From: Lama glama
Taxonomy: Eukaryota
Reading direction: 5' to 3'
Length of the DNA stretch: 64,000 bases
Assembly (NCBI GenBank): GCA_028534125.1
Contig: CM052816.1
Coordinates: 56,484,001 to 56,548,000 of the forward strand
The notes below the pieces were generated by a model. The model saw only the letters and a program-made list of their open reading frames with translations. It did not search any database and was not told where the DNA came from. How positions within the stretch are numbered: position 1 is the first letter of the stretch; every line of letters begins with the position of its first letter. Positions 25,078 through 37,760 of the stretch are shown here, piece by piece. The translations under genes and the position numbers were made by a program.

Positions 25078-25566
25078 TGGCAGATGCGGTGATGTGTCAC
25101 TCCACGTCCCCTCCACTCACCTCGGAGGGCACTGCAGCCCAGGTGGACAGGTGCTGCACGCCGACAGCTCCCCACTTCAGACACCTACACCCTCTGCTTT
25201 TCTCAGCTCCCTCCTTCCTCGGGGCTCTCTGTGACACCAAGGCTGCCTCTCAGCCCTCCCAGAGCAGTGTGCACGTCTTACAGGTTCAGTATCCCCAGAG
25301 AAATCTTCAACGCTAAGCCAGTGGAGTGCAAGGTAACTCCCCAGCTCTGCTGGGGTAGTTCAGGGATGCACTCCAAACCTTCCTCAGACTGTCCTAGTGG
25401 GCTTGAGCCTCTGTTTACCTAGAGAAGTGACCTGTGGTTCTCCTCCCTTCCTGCCTCACCTCTCCACCCCCTCAGGTGTGTTTCCTGGACTCACCTCCCC
25501 GAGTCGTGACCTGCACACAAGTCTTCATCTCGGCACCTGCTTTTGCGTGGTTCCCACACAGAGACG
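25078..25566 (+). mobile_element. LTR16-like solo LTR (ERVL)
   Basis: 3' end cccttcctgcctcacctctccacccc...tgtttcctggactcacctcccc...tgcacacaagtcttcatctcggcacctgctttt...cagagac. Confidence 0.7.
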
Positions 25567-25989
25567 CTGCCTAAGTCAGCGTTTTGCAAACTGTCTGCCG
25601 TGAACGCAGTGCTGGACCCAACTAACATTTTCAAACAACAGAAAACACCACGGTGCATCCCAGTTAGTGAGTGCAAGTCCTGCCTCCTGGACGCTTTGGC
25701 TCGGCTCCAGATGTGCATGCACACTGGGTCACGACAAGGATTTATTTCTTCCTGGTCAACAGAGTCTCCAAGTGCTTTCGACATTCTGCTTGTTAAAAGC
25801 CAATGTGATTTCAGTGTGGGAAGTGAGACTGCAGAGAAGAAAACAACAGCATCTGAATTTGGAAGTGGCATTTCCCACAGGATGAGAGCATGCAGAGAGG
25901 CAGCCTTCGCTCTGCAGCAAACGCCATGTGCTGTGCAGCAGCGCCCATAATCCCTGCCTTTCCTTTTCCACATTTCTAAACTGAGGGGC

Positions 25990-26537
25990 TTAGAGGGGAG
26001 GGAAGACAATTCTTTTTTAACTCTTCCCGTCTTAGGTTCATTGTCTGGGGCTTTGTAAGTTAGACCGACAGAGGACAGATGAACAGGAGAGGAAGAATTA
26101 GAAGTTTATTCATGTATGTATCTGAGGGTACCCATGGGACCTCAGTGCAGAGTAACTCAAAGGGCTGATTAGAACTCAGGCTTACACAGCATCTTAACAA
26201 AAGAACAAGAAGCTTGTAGAGAAGTGACAAGACCAAGAAAGAGGACTTTGGGCTTTAGGGAGCAGCAAACTCTGGGAAGGTAAATATACAGGAGAAACTA
26301 ATGGGAGATAAAGGCTGCTTTTGACAAGGCTTGCTGTGTAGCTGCCCCTGGTGCAGTCTCTGGGCTGCTAGAAGCCTGGGATTGTCTGTGGTGATTAAGA
26401 AGTGTCCAGCCCTTCCTGGCAGAGAGGCGGAGGGCTGAGAATTCTTCTTGTGTCTGCTTCTCCTCCATTGCCTTCTGCTCAAAATCATCCTTATGCCAGA
26501 GTGGGCTATTTTGGGGCGAATGTTTCACACCCCTTCA
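25990..26537 (-). mobile_element. MER34-like solo LTR (ERV1)
   Basis: Minus strand starts tgaaggggtgtgaaacattcgccccaaaatagcccactctggcataaggatgattttgagcagaaggcaatggag; aataaa on the minus strand near 26105. Confidence 0.75.
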
Positions 26538-26975
26538 AGGCTTCTAGGGGCGTTCTCAGGAGTACTGATATTCTGGGTGCCCAGGCCAGTCCTGAAGTGT
26601 TGCAGACGAGCACGCCCACCAGGGCCGCTCTCTCCCAGTCTTAGTTTCACAGGTGGTTCAGGGACCCTCCCTCACTGGGCACAGAGGGAGAGCAGGCAAG
26701 TCCCCCTCCTGGAATTGCTGTTCTTGCCGCAGCAGAGGATGAAGTGGCAGAGAAGGGGCCCAGGGAAGCCTGTAGGGATGGGGGTTTGGGGGGGTGCTCA
26801 GGGCTAGGGAGTGGCTCCCTTAGGGCAGAGGTGGGAGGGAGTGCAGGTTGAAGGGGCAGCAGGCCTCACCCAGAGGGCACTGGCGACAGTGCAGGGGCTC
26901 ATGCATGTTACATACTGCAAAGAACATATACTGTGCGTGCGCACACCTGAGTGGGTGGCCCTCTCCTTCCCACTT

Positions 26976-27475
26976 NNNNNNNNNNNNNNNNNNNNNNNNN
27001 NNNNNNNNNNNNNNNNNNNNNNNNNNNNNNNNNNNNNNNNNNNNNNNNNNNNNNNNNNNNNNNNNNNNNNNNNNNNNNNNNNNNNNNNNNNNNNNNNNNN
27101 NNNNNNNNNNNNNNNNNNNNNNNNNNNNNNNNNNNNNNNNNNNNNNNNNNNNNNNNNNNNNNNNNNNNNNNNNNNNNNNNNNNNNNNNNNNNNNNNNNNN
27201 NNNNNNNNNNNNNNNNNNNNNNNNNNNNNNNNNNNNNNNNNNNNNNNNNNNNNNNNNNNNNNNNNNNNNNNNNNNNNNNNNNNNNNNNNNNNNNNNNNNN
27301 NNNNNNNNNNNNNNNNNNNNNNNNNNNNNNNNNNNNNNNNNNNNNNNNNNNNNNNNNNNNNNNNNNNNNNNNNNNNNNNNNNNNNNNNNNNNNNNNNNNN
27401 NNNNNNNNNNNNNNNNNNNNNNNNNNNNNNNNNNNNNNNNNNNNNNNNNNNNNNNNNNNNNNNNNNNNNNNNNNN
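26976..27475. other. Assembly gap (500 N)
   Basis: Run of exactly 500 n. Confidence 0.99.
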
Positions 27476-27707
27476 GCAGGCAGAGGAACAAAACAGGAAC
27501 TAGGCATGGGCACTGACTTTTACCCCCTGGTTTGAGTGGTTCGTCCAATCTAGAGGAAGAATCCTAGCTTAATGCCCGGAAGAATATCAGATCCATCACA
27601 ACTGGGTAACAGTAGAAGCCACATTTTGAAGGACTTCTTACAAAGTCTTTATCATCTTATTTCCTCCCTTCTCTTACTTTCACTACCCTTCCTCCTCTTT
27701 TCTCTCT

Positions 27708-28362
27708 GTCACCACCCTTATGCCTGAGCAAGATGGCCCCTCTCCTGGACTGATGCTTCAGGGGACCTCTTATTTTACTTCTGTCTCCCCACAGGATGAA
27801 GAATTCACATGCCAAATTTAAGACTCTTTAAGGTCTCTTTAAGACCATGCTCCAAGTAATCAGGCAGAATTCTCTGCTGGAATAACCCCGAGACTATCTG
27901 CAGAGACTTCATGGACATCTTCTGTGGGTCCAGCCTCTGGGGCTAAGGTGCTCATCTGAGGTCCGAGTAGTAACCATGGAAAGCTATTTGCAAGGGGTGT
28001 AGCTGGAGCTCAGACTTACTGGCGGTGTGTCTGTGTCTACGAGTGAGGCCCCTGGTGGTGTGGGGATTGAGCTAGGATGGAAAAAGAAGGGAGTGGGGCG
28101 CTGGACCAGCGGCCGGGATGGGTGCCCATTCTCCTTGCATTGTTGCATCCTGGAACTTGGAAGAGTCCAAGAATCCTAGATTTACCAACCCTGGATTTCT
28201 AGTTTGCTATGAAGATATATCTGTCAAGGGAGGAGGCTATTACATGTTTTACTAAAAAATTGATGTGCAATTAATTTATAACTTAAAAAAATCAAACATA
28301 CAGGATATAGATCTTGGTGTGTCCTTTGGCCCCTGGCCCCACACATGTTGGGGTGGGACTGT
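27708..28362 (-). mobile_element. MER115 (hAT-Tip100) DNA transposon fossil, near full length
   Basis: Minus strand starts cagtcccaccccaacatgtgtggggccagggg...aagttataaattaa...cttgacagatatatcttcatag and ends gagaggggccatcttgctcaggcataagggtggtg. Confidence 0.7.
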
Positions 28363-28851
28363 CCACTCCTCCCTCTATTTTCCTCCTCTGCTTCTCTTCC
28401 CTTTTCAGCCCGTCTTCTCCTCTGAGCCCTTTCCCTGGGATATGCTGATGTCTGATATTGACGTTTAGGACCGGAGGTGTGGCTGTCGCCCTTTCTGCTT
28501 CCTTGCCTGTCCTGAATCATCTCCGTGCCTTGCCAGTTTGAGAATCCTGTGCATGAAATGGCTATTCCTGAAGGATAACCAGGAACCTTTATGTGGCACT
28601 GAAAGTACCAATTAATAACTGAACAAATGAAAACAGACACGAACCACCAGTTGCATAGGCCCAGGTGTGTCCCCATCGTCTACTTGCTCTGTTCAAACCA
28701 TCGCCTCCCTCCACGTGCCCCTCCTTTCTTACATCATTCTGGGGGAGTGGTAGGTGGGGAAGGGGACACGCATACCTCTCTAGCTATATTTTGGTTTTCA
28801 TAAGACTCTAGAATGATTTTCTTTATTCCCACAGCCAGGGTTTCCAGAAGC

Positions 28852-29037
28852 CAGTGGTTCCCAACTTCAACATGTGTCAGGAGCACCTGGAGGGCTTTCT
28901 TAAAACACTTCCTGGACCAAATACTTTGAGTTTCTGAATCAGTAGGCAGGAATGGGGTGGAGCCCAAGAACTGGATTTCTAACCATTTCCCAGGTAATGC
29001 CGACGCAACGAGGCCGGCTCATGTTCTGAGAGCCGCC
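28852..29037 (-). mobile_element. MER5A (hAT-Charlie)
   Basis: cagtggttcccaac...cacctggagggctttcttaaaacac...gagtttctgaatcagtagg...atttctaaccatttcccaggtaatgc. Confidence 0.8.
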
Positions 29038-30109
29038 ACCACAAGTCACCAAGTTTTATTGGATTCTTCCCTGTCTGAATCTCCGTTGCTAATGTGAAAT
29101 CACTTTCAGCTTGTGGTCTATAAGCAGACTCTGGCTGAGCTCAGAACATTGCACCGAGGCAGGAAAAGAGACTTGGGACCCTAGGTCCCGATCCCACACC
29201 CCCCTGCCCCAGGGACAGGCAGCTGCCTAGTTAGCAAGGACAGGGGAGTTCTCCCACAGAGGCAACTTGAGCCTCAGCTTGGCAGAATATGAAACAGCCT
29301 TGGCCATGCCCTCTCCTGCAAGCTTCTCTTTAATTGCAGAAATCTGGGTGGCCTTCACACAAGTTGTTTGTACAGCGAAGGAAGAGAGATAAGTGTGGTA
29401 ACCTTGGAAGACCCAGTCTCCTTTTTCCCAGCCTCCTGAGAAGCAGTGCCCAGAGGAACAAACACTGTGTGTGGGAAACCAGGAAGGGGCTGTGGGGGGC
29501 GGACCGGAGAGGCCAAAGAGGGGGTGGCTTTCCTTTAGGTCACATGTCTCCTGATCTGTCTAGACCACGTCCTGCGGTGTAAGAGTTCATTAGCCGGAAT
29601 TCCATCAATGACAACAATCTAAATCTCCTTAGCCCGACTCCAGGCTGACTCTCCTTACTGGGCTATCGTCACCCAGAAAAGCAATCTTGGCTCCAACTGC
29701 TCGGTTCTAGCAGCCAGTCCAAAAATGGCTCTTCCAGGGAACCTCTTGGGGGTTCGCATCTTAGAGGGACAAGGAATTCTCTTCTCTATCAACAGCTAAC
29801 CACATGGGCTTCAGGGTACTGACTCAAGCAATGTCAGCTCAGTCACCAGCCGGGGTGCCTGCGATCCAGTTTTCACTTGCCCACTTTCTCTTGTGCAACT
29901 CTCTCTGCCAATCATTGGCTTCGCATCCCAACCTCACCTTCTCCAAGTGACTTGTCGTGGGATTGCTCTGAGCCTAGCCCTGAGCCGTCATGCTGTGAGA
30001 GACTCCTCTGCAGTGAGATGGTTTCAGTTTTGTAACCATTGCAGCAATAGATTGATTCTTAGTGAACCTGAACTCCGCATCGGGATCCACACCAAACATT
30101 CTGCATCCA

Positions 30110-30260
30110 GGAACTAACATAATCCCCACAGTAATCCGAGGAAATGGGGCTTATCATCCCAATCTATAGGCAGGGACACTGGGGCTCAGGAGTTAAGTAA
30201 CTTCTCCAAGAAAGTTCAGCCAACAAGATGTACAGCCTTGACGGAAACCCAAGCTTGTGC
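30110..30260 (-). mobile_element. MIR SINE
   Basis: aatccccacagtaatcc...ttatcatcccaatctataggcagggacactggggctcaggagttaagtaactt. Confidence 0.6.
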
Positions 30261-31211
30261 CAACACCCAAGCTTTTATATTTTGTATTTGATAAGTGTTT
30301 CTTAATTCAAGTCAACCTATATATATATATATCTATGTATGCATAAAGGAGATTTCAGAGGCAGGTTTTAATTGCCTAAATTATTTAGAAACAGGAAAAT
30401 CAACCAAGCACTCCACTTCCAGACCAAACCAGTTAACTGATTCATAGTAAAATCAATACTCAGTCACTACTCAGTCACTTGCATCATAGGAGGTGGCATT
30501 AGTGGAAGTGGAAACGATGGATAATCAATCCAGCTGTGTTTGTGATGAGATTCTGCTACATGAAAATCTGGTGTAAAGAACACCAGGTGGCCTCCCTGAG
30601 GGTTGTAATGGGCGCGAGCAAACCTCCTTCTTTTTTTCTGGGAGTATCGGTGGCTCGCATTTTTTCCACAGCCTGTCCCTGCAGACATACCAGGTTTCAT
30701 GACAAGCTTCATTTCTTCCCAAAGCAAAGCCCATGCTCTCAATGTCATCTTGTAGGCACTGCGCTGGGGCAAGTGTGTGTACGTATGTGCACAGCCCGAT
30801 GAGAAGAGATGATGTGTTTATGAGAAACAGCACCTGCCTGCAGTGATTCCTTTCAGCTACGGCCAAGAAGGATGTAGGGATGAGCAGGCTGGGTTAGACC
30901 CCTGTTCACACAGGGGAGCACTGGGGGAGGCAAGCTGCCTTCAATGCCAAGCTCAGAAGGTCAGGCTCAGTCTCTAGAATATCCCAGTCTAGTGCAGAGT
31001 TTCATTCTGTGCAGTTTTCTAAAACCTTCTCAAATGTATGGCTTTAACCTGTAATAGATTTTGCGTGTAACAGTTCTGTAAGTTTATCTCTATTTTTCCT
31101 GTATGAAGACTCACTTTGGCTAAATCTTTCAACCTGATTGAGATGCCCTGGGAAAAATATGCCACAATAAAACATGCTCCCTGATTTTAGATTCAGAATA
31201 CCTAGATTTGA

Positions 31212-31352
31212 TAGTTTTTTCTTTGGGGGTTTTTTTGGGGGGGAGGGTAATTAGGTGTATTCATGTTTTTAATGGAAGTACTGGGGGTTGAACCCAGGAG
31301 ACTGTGCATGCTAAGCATGTGCTCTACCACTGAGCTATACCCTCCATCGCCA
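31212..31352 (-). mobile_element. vic-1-like SINE with 18-bp TSD, inserted in a MIR 5' fragment
   Basis: Minus strand reads ggagggtatagctcagtggtagagcacatgcttagcatgcacag...gggttcaacccccagtacttcc; direct repeat cagaatacctagatttga at 31194-31211 and 31353-31370. Confidence 0.9.
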
Positions 31353-32881
31353 CAGAATACCTAGATTTGAAACCCAGCTCTGCCATTTATTAGATGAGGA
31401 GGACTTTCAACCAAAATGGTACACTGAGAGTAAGTGGGACATCCTCCACCCTGGTCTTAATGCATAAAAATGCTTTAAAAGTTAAAGAATGCAAAATACC
31501 TGGTTGAATTCAAAAGCAAGAGAGGGAAGTATTGAGAAGCAGCAATAAGGAGGGGGCCGTCCTGGGGAAGAGCTGTGGCCCGTGGTGACACACAGCAGAC
31601 ACATGACTTAGAGGAGACAGTTTTAAAACTGACACGGAAATGCAGCTGTCTGGTCTCATGAGTCAGAGGGAGCCAGGACTTATTTCTCAGGACAAAACTG
31701 AGAACCAAAAGGATTCTCTTGAACGGAAACAAGAAAGTCTCCACCCTCATCCCAGGAATGGCACAGACGTGGGCTCCCAGCCCTGGACCATGGGTGCAAA
31801 CAGAGTGAACTGAGAGAGTCAGACCCCCGCTTGGTGGCACGTGATGACCCCTGGAGCCTGAATGCCTGTGTTACATGTTGTGTGGAAGCCCTATAGTGTG
31901 GGAACCCAGACACCAACCAAACACCTGTCCTGGACTGGCGAACCCTGTGGGTACCAGGCACAGACAACCGTAGGGACACTTCTAAAGAATCTCCCCATTG
32001 GCTCACTGACCAGCAGGAGAGCACCCTCTCCCAGTCTTGCTCCTCCGGCCACATAAACACACAGGTGCTTTGGGGGAAGCCTGAAGGGTCTATGGGGATG
32101 TGCGGCATCCGAGAACTGGGATCACTAGCCGCCCCCCTCCACCGCCCCTCCCTCCACACCCTGCACCATCCCCAGGAAAACGGCCACAGCCCACTGGTTC
32201 TCCCCCTGTCTCCTAGAGTCGCCCATTTCCTATTCTCTTTCCTAGAAGTGTGAACAACTATATTCAGGTACTCAATCCTTGGTTCCCAGAGTAGATACGG
32301 CCACAGACACACGTATTGTGGGATGACCATGTCCAGCTTCCTCTGGTGGCTGTCACGGGAGGCACTGTCTCCAAACAGTCCTGTCAAGGCTCTGCAGTCC
32401 AAACAGCGTCTGTTCTGTAATCCCACTAGTTTGCCCCCGAAGATTCCTTTGTTTGCCCTTTATCTTGAGATCCTCTTTGTTCGTTTCCCATGTGGAAGTA
32501 GTACCTTCCCTCTCCAGGGCACCACGCCCCTTTGTCTGTCCTCCTCTTAGGGCTTTTGTCATTTTCTTGTCATATGGTTCTCTTTATGCCCTCGTCTCTT
32601 CTCTCTTCCAAATAAGAAGCTACTTGATTCCAAGTCCAAGGAAAAGGAAAACCACTGAAACACACTCTATCTTCACATTCCACGGGGGTACGAAAGCCAC
32701 ACAATTTTTTCCCTTTCCACTTTGAAATCAATCTCTTCCTTCTCTTGTGGTGCCCTAGGTCCCTTTTGTGGTAGTGTTTATTCATGAATGATTCTGTTTA
32801 CTCTTTAGGGAAGAGTTTCTTATTAATTACCGACAGTGGTTGAGTACCATAGAGATTTGTTATCTATTAAAGCAGATAAAA

Positions 32882-32883
<2 letters not shown>

Positions 32884-32919
<36 letters not shown>

Positions 32920-32920
32920 G
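32884..32920. repeat. (GT)n microsatellite
   Basis: gtgtgt... run with one gc interruption. Confidence 0.95.
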
Positions 32921-34440
32921 GTATGGGGGTCAACTTGTGTCAGTCTTCCTTTTAGAATAAAGGAATGTGACTGAGCCACCAGGAGTCCTTTAGTTCTTAC
33001 TCCAAATGTTACTGAAACAACCGAAGCCCGACCCAAGGCAGATGTGAAATGACAATCTGCATTTCAAAGGCGGTGCCCCACCTTCTTGTTTAGGGCAGGA
33101 CAGAACTTTGATCTTCACTTCAGTGTTACTCACTGTTTACTTCTCACGAGTTTCTGTGTCTGCATCTTTCCCACTTCTCATCAACAACCAATAGAACTGC
33201 TACCAGTTGGGCACTCCCTAAAGTCAAATGTGATTGACACCTCTGGAAGACTGGGGCTGGGAGATGGTTAGTTCAAAATAACCTGCCAGAGTAGCTGGAG
33301 AATGTTTTGGCCAGGGAGTTTTGGTGTCTGGGAATTGAAATCCTTTCAAGGAAGCTCAAGAGAATAGGAGGTTTTTTTTATAGGATATGAAGGAATCCTA
33401 CAGAAACACACTTAGAAGAAGGACAGCTGGGCCTCCAAGGAACTGGAAAATCGCTGGAAGACTGCATCTTTTCTCCTTGTCTTCTCGTGTTCATTTCATC
33501 TCTTTTTTTTTATCTGCAGATCATTTTTCTGATCCCCTCATCAACTTGCAGGTGGTTACCATGGCCACCTGCAATAGGTTTCCCATTGCCTGAGTCTGTA
33601 TGATCTTTCATGTCCCCTCTGCATAGCTAACTGACCCAAGCCCCAGAAAGAGTAGATCTGACGTACTTGCTTGGATCAAGTGTCATCCTAATCTAATATT
33701 GTGGGCAGGGATGGGAGCTGGGGAGATGAGAGGGGGAGGAGAAATTTCTGAGATATGTGTGGGTTGGACAGACTCGGGAGAAAATTTTGAGTGTGCGTGC
33801 TGAACCAGCTTGAATATGAATCTAAGTCATGTCTCCATTGGAACCCAATATGGCCAGCTTTCAGTGATCCTGACTGGCCTAGGGGTCCACCTTTCAGTGC
33901 AGTTTCTGTGTTGAGTGATGAGCCACTGTGGAGAGACCGAAAAGGACAAGGTCTTTGGAGGGACCCTATCAGCAGCCTGCTGTCAGATGGTCACCACATC
34001 AAGGGGCTTGGCCTTGAAAGAAAGCAATTTATTCCTGCACGTGATTTGCAGATCCTCCATTCGGAACTGTTTTCAATTATAGGTTTAAGAAAACATGTTT
34101 GCGTTTCTAAGCACACTCATTTCCCAAAGCCTATTTCTTGTGTTTTAAGTACTATTCTCTTAGTTTTTAGGGACTGGTAATGAGAGAATGGAATTGGGAA
34201 TTTTTGACCACCCCAAATGTAAGAAAATGTTGTAGTGTTCGTATTTTCCTGAGTGGTTTTCTGGACCGTGGCCCCTTTTAGAGCAGCCATTCTATCTAGC
34301 CCTGTGATGGCTTTCCAGAGACCCTGAGTCACTGCGCGCACCATCCTGATGAGGGCTGTGAGGTGATTGTAATAGGCGAAATAGTAATCCAACAGCAGCA
34401 ACACCCGCTGCCGTGGCTTCTTATCAGAACTCCCTAGAGT

Positions 34441-34540
34441 TTTATTAATTTATTATTTATTTTGTAGATTTTTTTAAATTGAAGTATAGTTGATTTACAA
34501 TGGTGTATTAGGTTCTGGTGTACAACATAGTGATTCAATC

Positions 34541-34573
<33 letters not shown>

Positions 34574-34730
34574 CACACCTATTCTTTTTTATATTCTTTT
34601 TCATTACAGGTTACTACAAGCCATTGAATATAGTTCCCTGTGCTGTACAGTAGGACTTTGTTGTTTATTCGGTACATAGTAGTTTGTATCTGCCAATGCC
34701 AACTCCCAATTTATCCCTCCCACCCCTCCC
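34441..34730 (-). mobile_element. 5'-truncated cetartiodactyl-type L1 3' end with internal (AT)n
   Basis: ttttttaaattgaagtatagttgatttacaat...tgaatatagttccctgtgctgtacagtagga...ctcccaatttatccctccc; possible TSD ctccctag (34430-34437 and 34726-34733). Confidence 0.85.
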
Positions 34731-35789
34731 TAGCATTGTCTATCCATTGCATTATTTAATCCTCACTATGACACTGCACAGCATTATCTTATTATATAGA
34801 GAAAAATTAGGTAATTTGATTACCTTTGTTCTTTCATCCTAACATGACAGTGGACTTAGGTTGTCCCTACCATGCCCAGCAGTTAGTCAAATCTAGGCAA
34901 TTTGGGAGTCTTACATATGCGAAGTCATCTGCAGAACTAGTTTCTATTTGTGTTAGAATATCTTTGCTTAAATGATCCAGTGGTTGTTTCTCACTATCAT
35001 TATTTACAAATCAGCATCCTCCTAACCCTGCACACAATAGAGACTTTAAGGCAAGGCTCGTGTTAGAGTATGTATGCTACCCTCCTTGAAAACAATTCAT
35101 AGCATTTAGTCCATTGAACTACGGCATGATCAGAGTCCCATAAAAGCAGGAAAAGAAAAAAAAAAAAAGGACTTTGTGGCTAGTTATACATAAAAATCAA
35201 TGTGTGAGTTCCAATGTTGTATAAAAATAAGTGAGGCCATTTCTTCCCCTCAAACAGGGTAACACAGACAGATCTTGAAGATCAGCATTCCAAAGTGTTC
35301 AAGTCATTCTTTAATGGATTTAAATAATAAAATAAATTTCTTACCACTAATAAAAATAAGATTTATGATTGCCCACTCAAAGCTGCATTATTGATCACTG
35401 TGTTCTAGTAACTATTTTACATTTCATTAATATTTACAATGGCACCAAAGATGCTCTCCATATGAGACTTAAGAATACTTTCATTAAGCATCATATTCAC
35501 CTTACTTTAAAATTTCAAAGCATCTTGTCCATGTCAGATCTCTGCAAAGTGTTTGAATCAATGTGACTTACTGGACAAAAGAAAGCTGGGAGTTTTGAGT
35601 TTTTATTGATGTCACCTGGGACTTCTAGAGGAGCCCTAATCTTCTGTCCTTTTGGGGGTCTGTATCTTTGAAAGGGGACTAAAACTTGTTTTCTAAATAA
35701 TGAATTTGTTCTCCTTCCCTCAATACAAATAATGTGGTAATCTCACTGTGCGGGAGACATTTCTCTACTTCAGCACAATAAAGGATGCT

Positions 35790-35960
35790 ACAGAGGGCAC
35801 ACGGAGTTTGGGGTCAGACAGAGCTGGCTTTAAGTCTGGGGGTCCATCACTTACTAGTTGGTGACCTTGGTAAAATACTTCATCTCTGTGAGCTTCAATT
35901 TCCTCATCTATGAAATAGAGATAACAAGAAGTGATGAGAATTAAATAAAGTAATCCAAGC
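35790..35960 (+). mobile_element. MIR SINE
   Basis: ggggtcagacagagctgg...cacttactagttggtgaccttggtaaaatacttcatctctgtgagcttcaatttcctcatctatgaaat. Confidence 0.85.
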
Positions 35961-37594
35961 AAAATGGCTCTCAGGAAAGTTTTCCTCCTGTAAGTTTTCC
36001 TACTGTATCATGTAACATATTATCAACATTTTCTGATGGGCTGGAGAAAAAACTTCTCCTGTTTCATGGAGAGATTTTAAAAGCATATGAAAATTACTGC
36101 TTTCTGTGTTTATACATAGTGAATATTGAGTCTTCTTTTTTCCTACGTTCCTTCTATTCACTCTTCTAATCTTTTCTTCACTAAACATATATTATTGCCC
36201 ATTAAGTTTTAGGAACAGTTAAGAAAAACTGACGCAGGGAGATACGTGGGGACAGGAGTATCTCTTGATGCTGTAATAACATTAAAGAATTTAGCTTTTC
36301 CTTTATAAAATAAATATGAAAGTAAATATAAATTTACTTGTGTCTAGGTGACTCAGGCACAAACCTGGGCAGGTTACCTGGACTGGGGATGGGTGCATTA
36401 GTTTAAATCCCTCACTTTCAAGACTGAGTTTTGTTACCTTTGGGCAGTTATCAGTGTTCTTCAACTTCCTGGCTGGTGGGAGATTTTTGGTGCCTAGTGT
36501 TGAATTTTAAAAAGTGGCTAAAGCCAAGAGTAGGGAAGGAGAGTCTGCCACTTTCACTGTGGTCGCTGCCAAAGTTGTCAGGACAGTAATTTCGTATGAT
36601 TCCTAAGTCATCGTTAGAATAAACACGATCCCTCCAGATATAGTTCCGGGTCGTTTAATTTATGAATTAATATTTTTGAATGCTGCTGAGCCATCTTAAA
36701 GATGATGCCACTGAAACTGATCAAGGCTTGTTTTGGGAGAACGGCTGAAATGGCCAACGGCAAACGAAAGCCATCACCGTGCACAGGTAAGACATGCCCT
36801 CAGCCACACATCTATAGCCATTGTTCCTGAATGTGGGGAATGATCTAACAGTTAGAACAAACCCCTTGGGACTAGAAAGGTGTAGAAGAACTTTATTTGT
36901 TATTCATTGCTGTCCTCTCAAACCAGGCCCTTTGTTGTCACAATTTCTAGGTCAGAAGAAGGCCAGCGGTGCTTTTGCTTAAGCCTTCAGGAATGTCCTG
37001 CCCTCCCTCTTTTGCGCTCCGAAGAAACAGCTTCAAGGCACCTGTGTTCAAGGACAGATCGCTTCTTCCATGACTGAGAACATGTTCAGGACCTTTCAAG
37101 TCACAGGGCCTGTTTTGGCTGAGATGCAAGACAAAACAATCCTCTCTGTGGGAACTGATTCTGTTGTCCTTCTTGCCTTTTTAAGTCATTATTAGTGCAC
37201 TCAGCACTCTGGAATGTCTTACCAGTGATTCAGCTAGGTTTTATTATTTTGTTTACTTGGCTTTTCAACCTCAGCCTCTTCACATTTGCATTATTTAAAA
37301 TCCTTCTTCCTAAGACTTTAGACACTTCAGTTCCAAAAGAGCAGCTTAGAAGATGTTTCCTTAATTTGGGCGAGATCCATCTGACCATTTGTCAATGTTC
37401 CTGCCTCCCTGTAAGTGGGCATATTTCTATGCATTGGACCACACACACACACACACACAGTCCCCTGGACTTGGAGGTTGGTCGCTCCCAAGCAGACAAA
37501 CATTGTATTAGAAATGACAAGAAACCTGGCAAACTGTCCACAACCTTCAAGTTTTGATAGCTGTCTTTAGCTGCTGAGTATTAGGACCTATCAA

Positions 37595-37760
37595 GTTTTA
37601 TTGGCCCACAATCACGGCCCCTTGTTTAGTATTGCCTGTAATTGCTTTCCCACTACAAAGGCAGAGGTGAGTGACTGCAACAGAGACCTTATGGCCTGCA
37701 AAGCTGGAGATGTTTACTATCTGGTCCTTTACTGGAAACATTTGTTCAGCCCAGGTCTAA
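37595..37760 (+). mobile_element. MER58A-like hAT fragment
   Basis: ttttattggcccacaatcac...gcagaggtgagtgactgcaacagagaccttatggcctgcaaagc...tttactatctggtcctttac. Confidence 0.75.

Noticed and set aside
25491..26009. Overlapping 172-aa and 135-aa ORFs between two LTRs, suggesting a provirus
   Set aside because: The LTRs are different families in opposite orientations, and there is no gag/pol/env similarity.
26811..27548. ORFs of 194-242 aa in five frames
   Set aside because: Artefacts of translating the 500-N gap.
31829..31842. CTCF-like ccgcttggtggcac (similar partial matches near 12461 and 63213)
   Set aside because: Each mismatches core positions; not supportable without PWM scoring or ChIP data.
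31680..32426. Longest gap-free ORF (248 aa, minus strand)
   Set aside because: No recognisable domain, composition rich in W/R/S/G like random GC-rich frames, and no clear exon structure; a BLASTP/PhyloCSF hit would overturn this.
33310..33710. Possible old MLT1-family LTR
   Set aside because: Only patchy resemblance, too degenerate to call by eye.
36690..36792. Strong donor-like CAG|gtaaga
   Set aside because: No convincing upstream acceptor or recognisable coding frame; isolated donor motifs are common.
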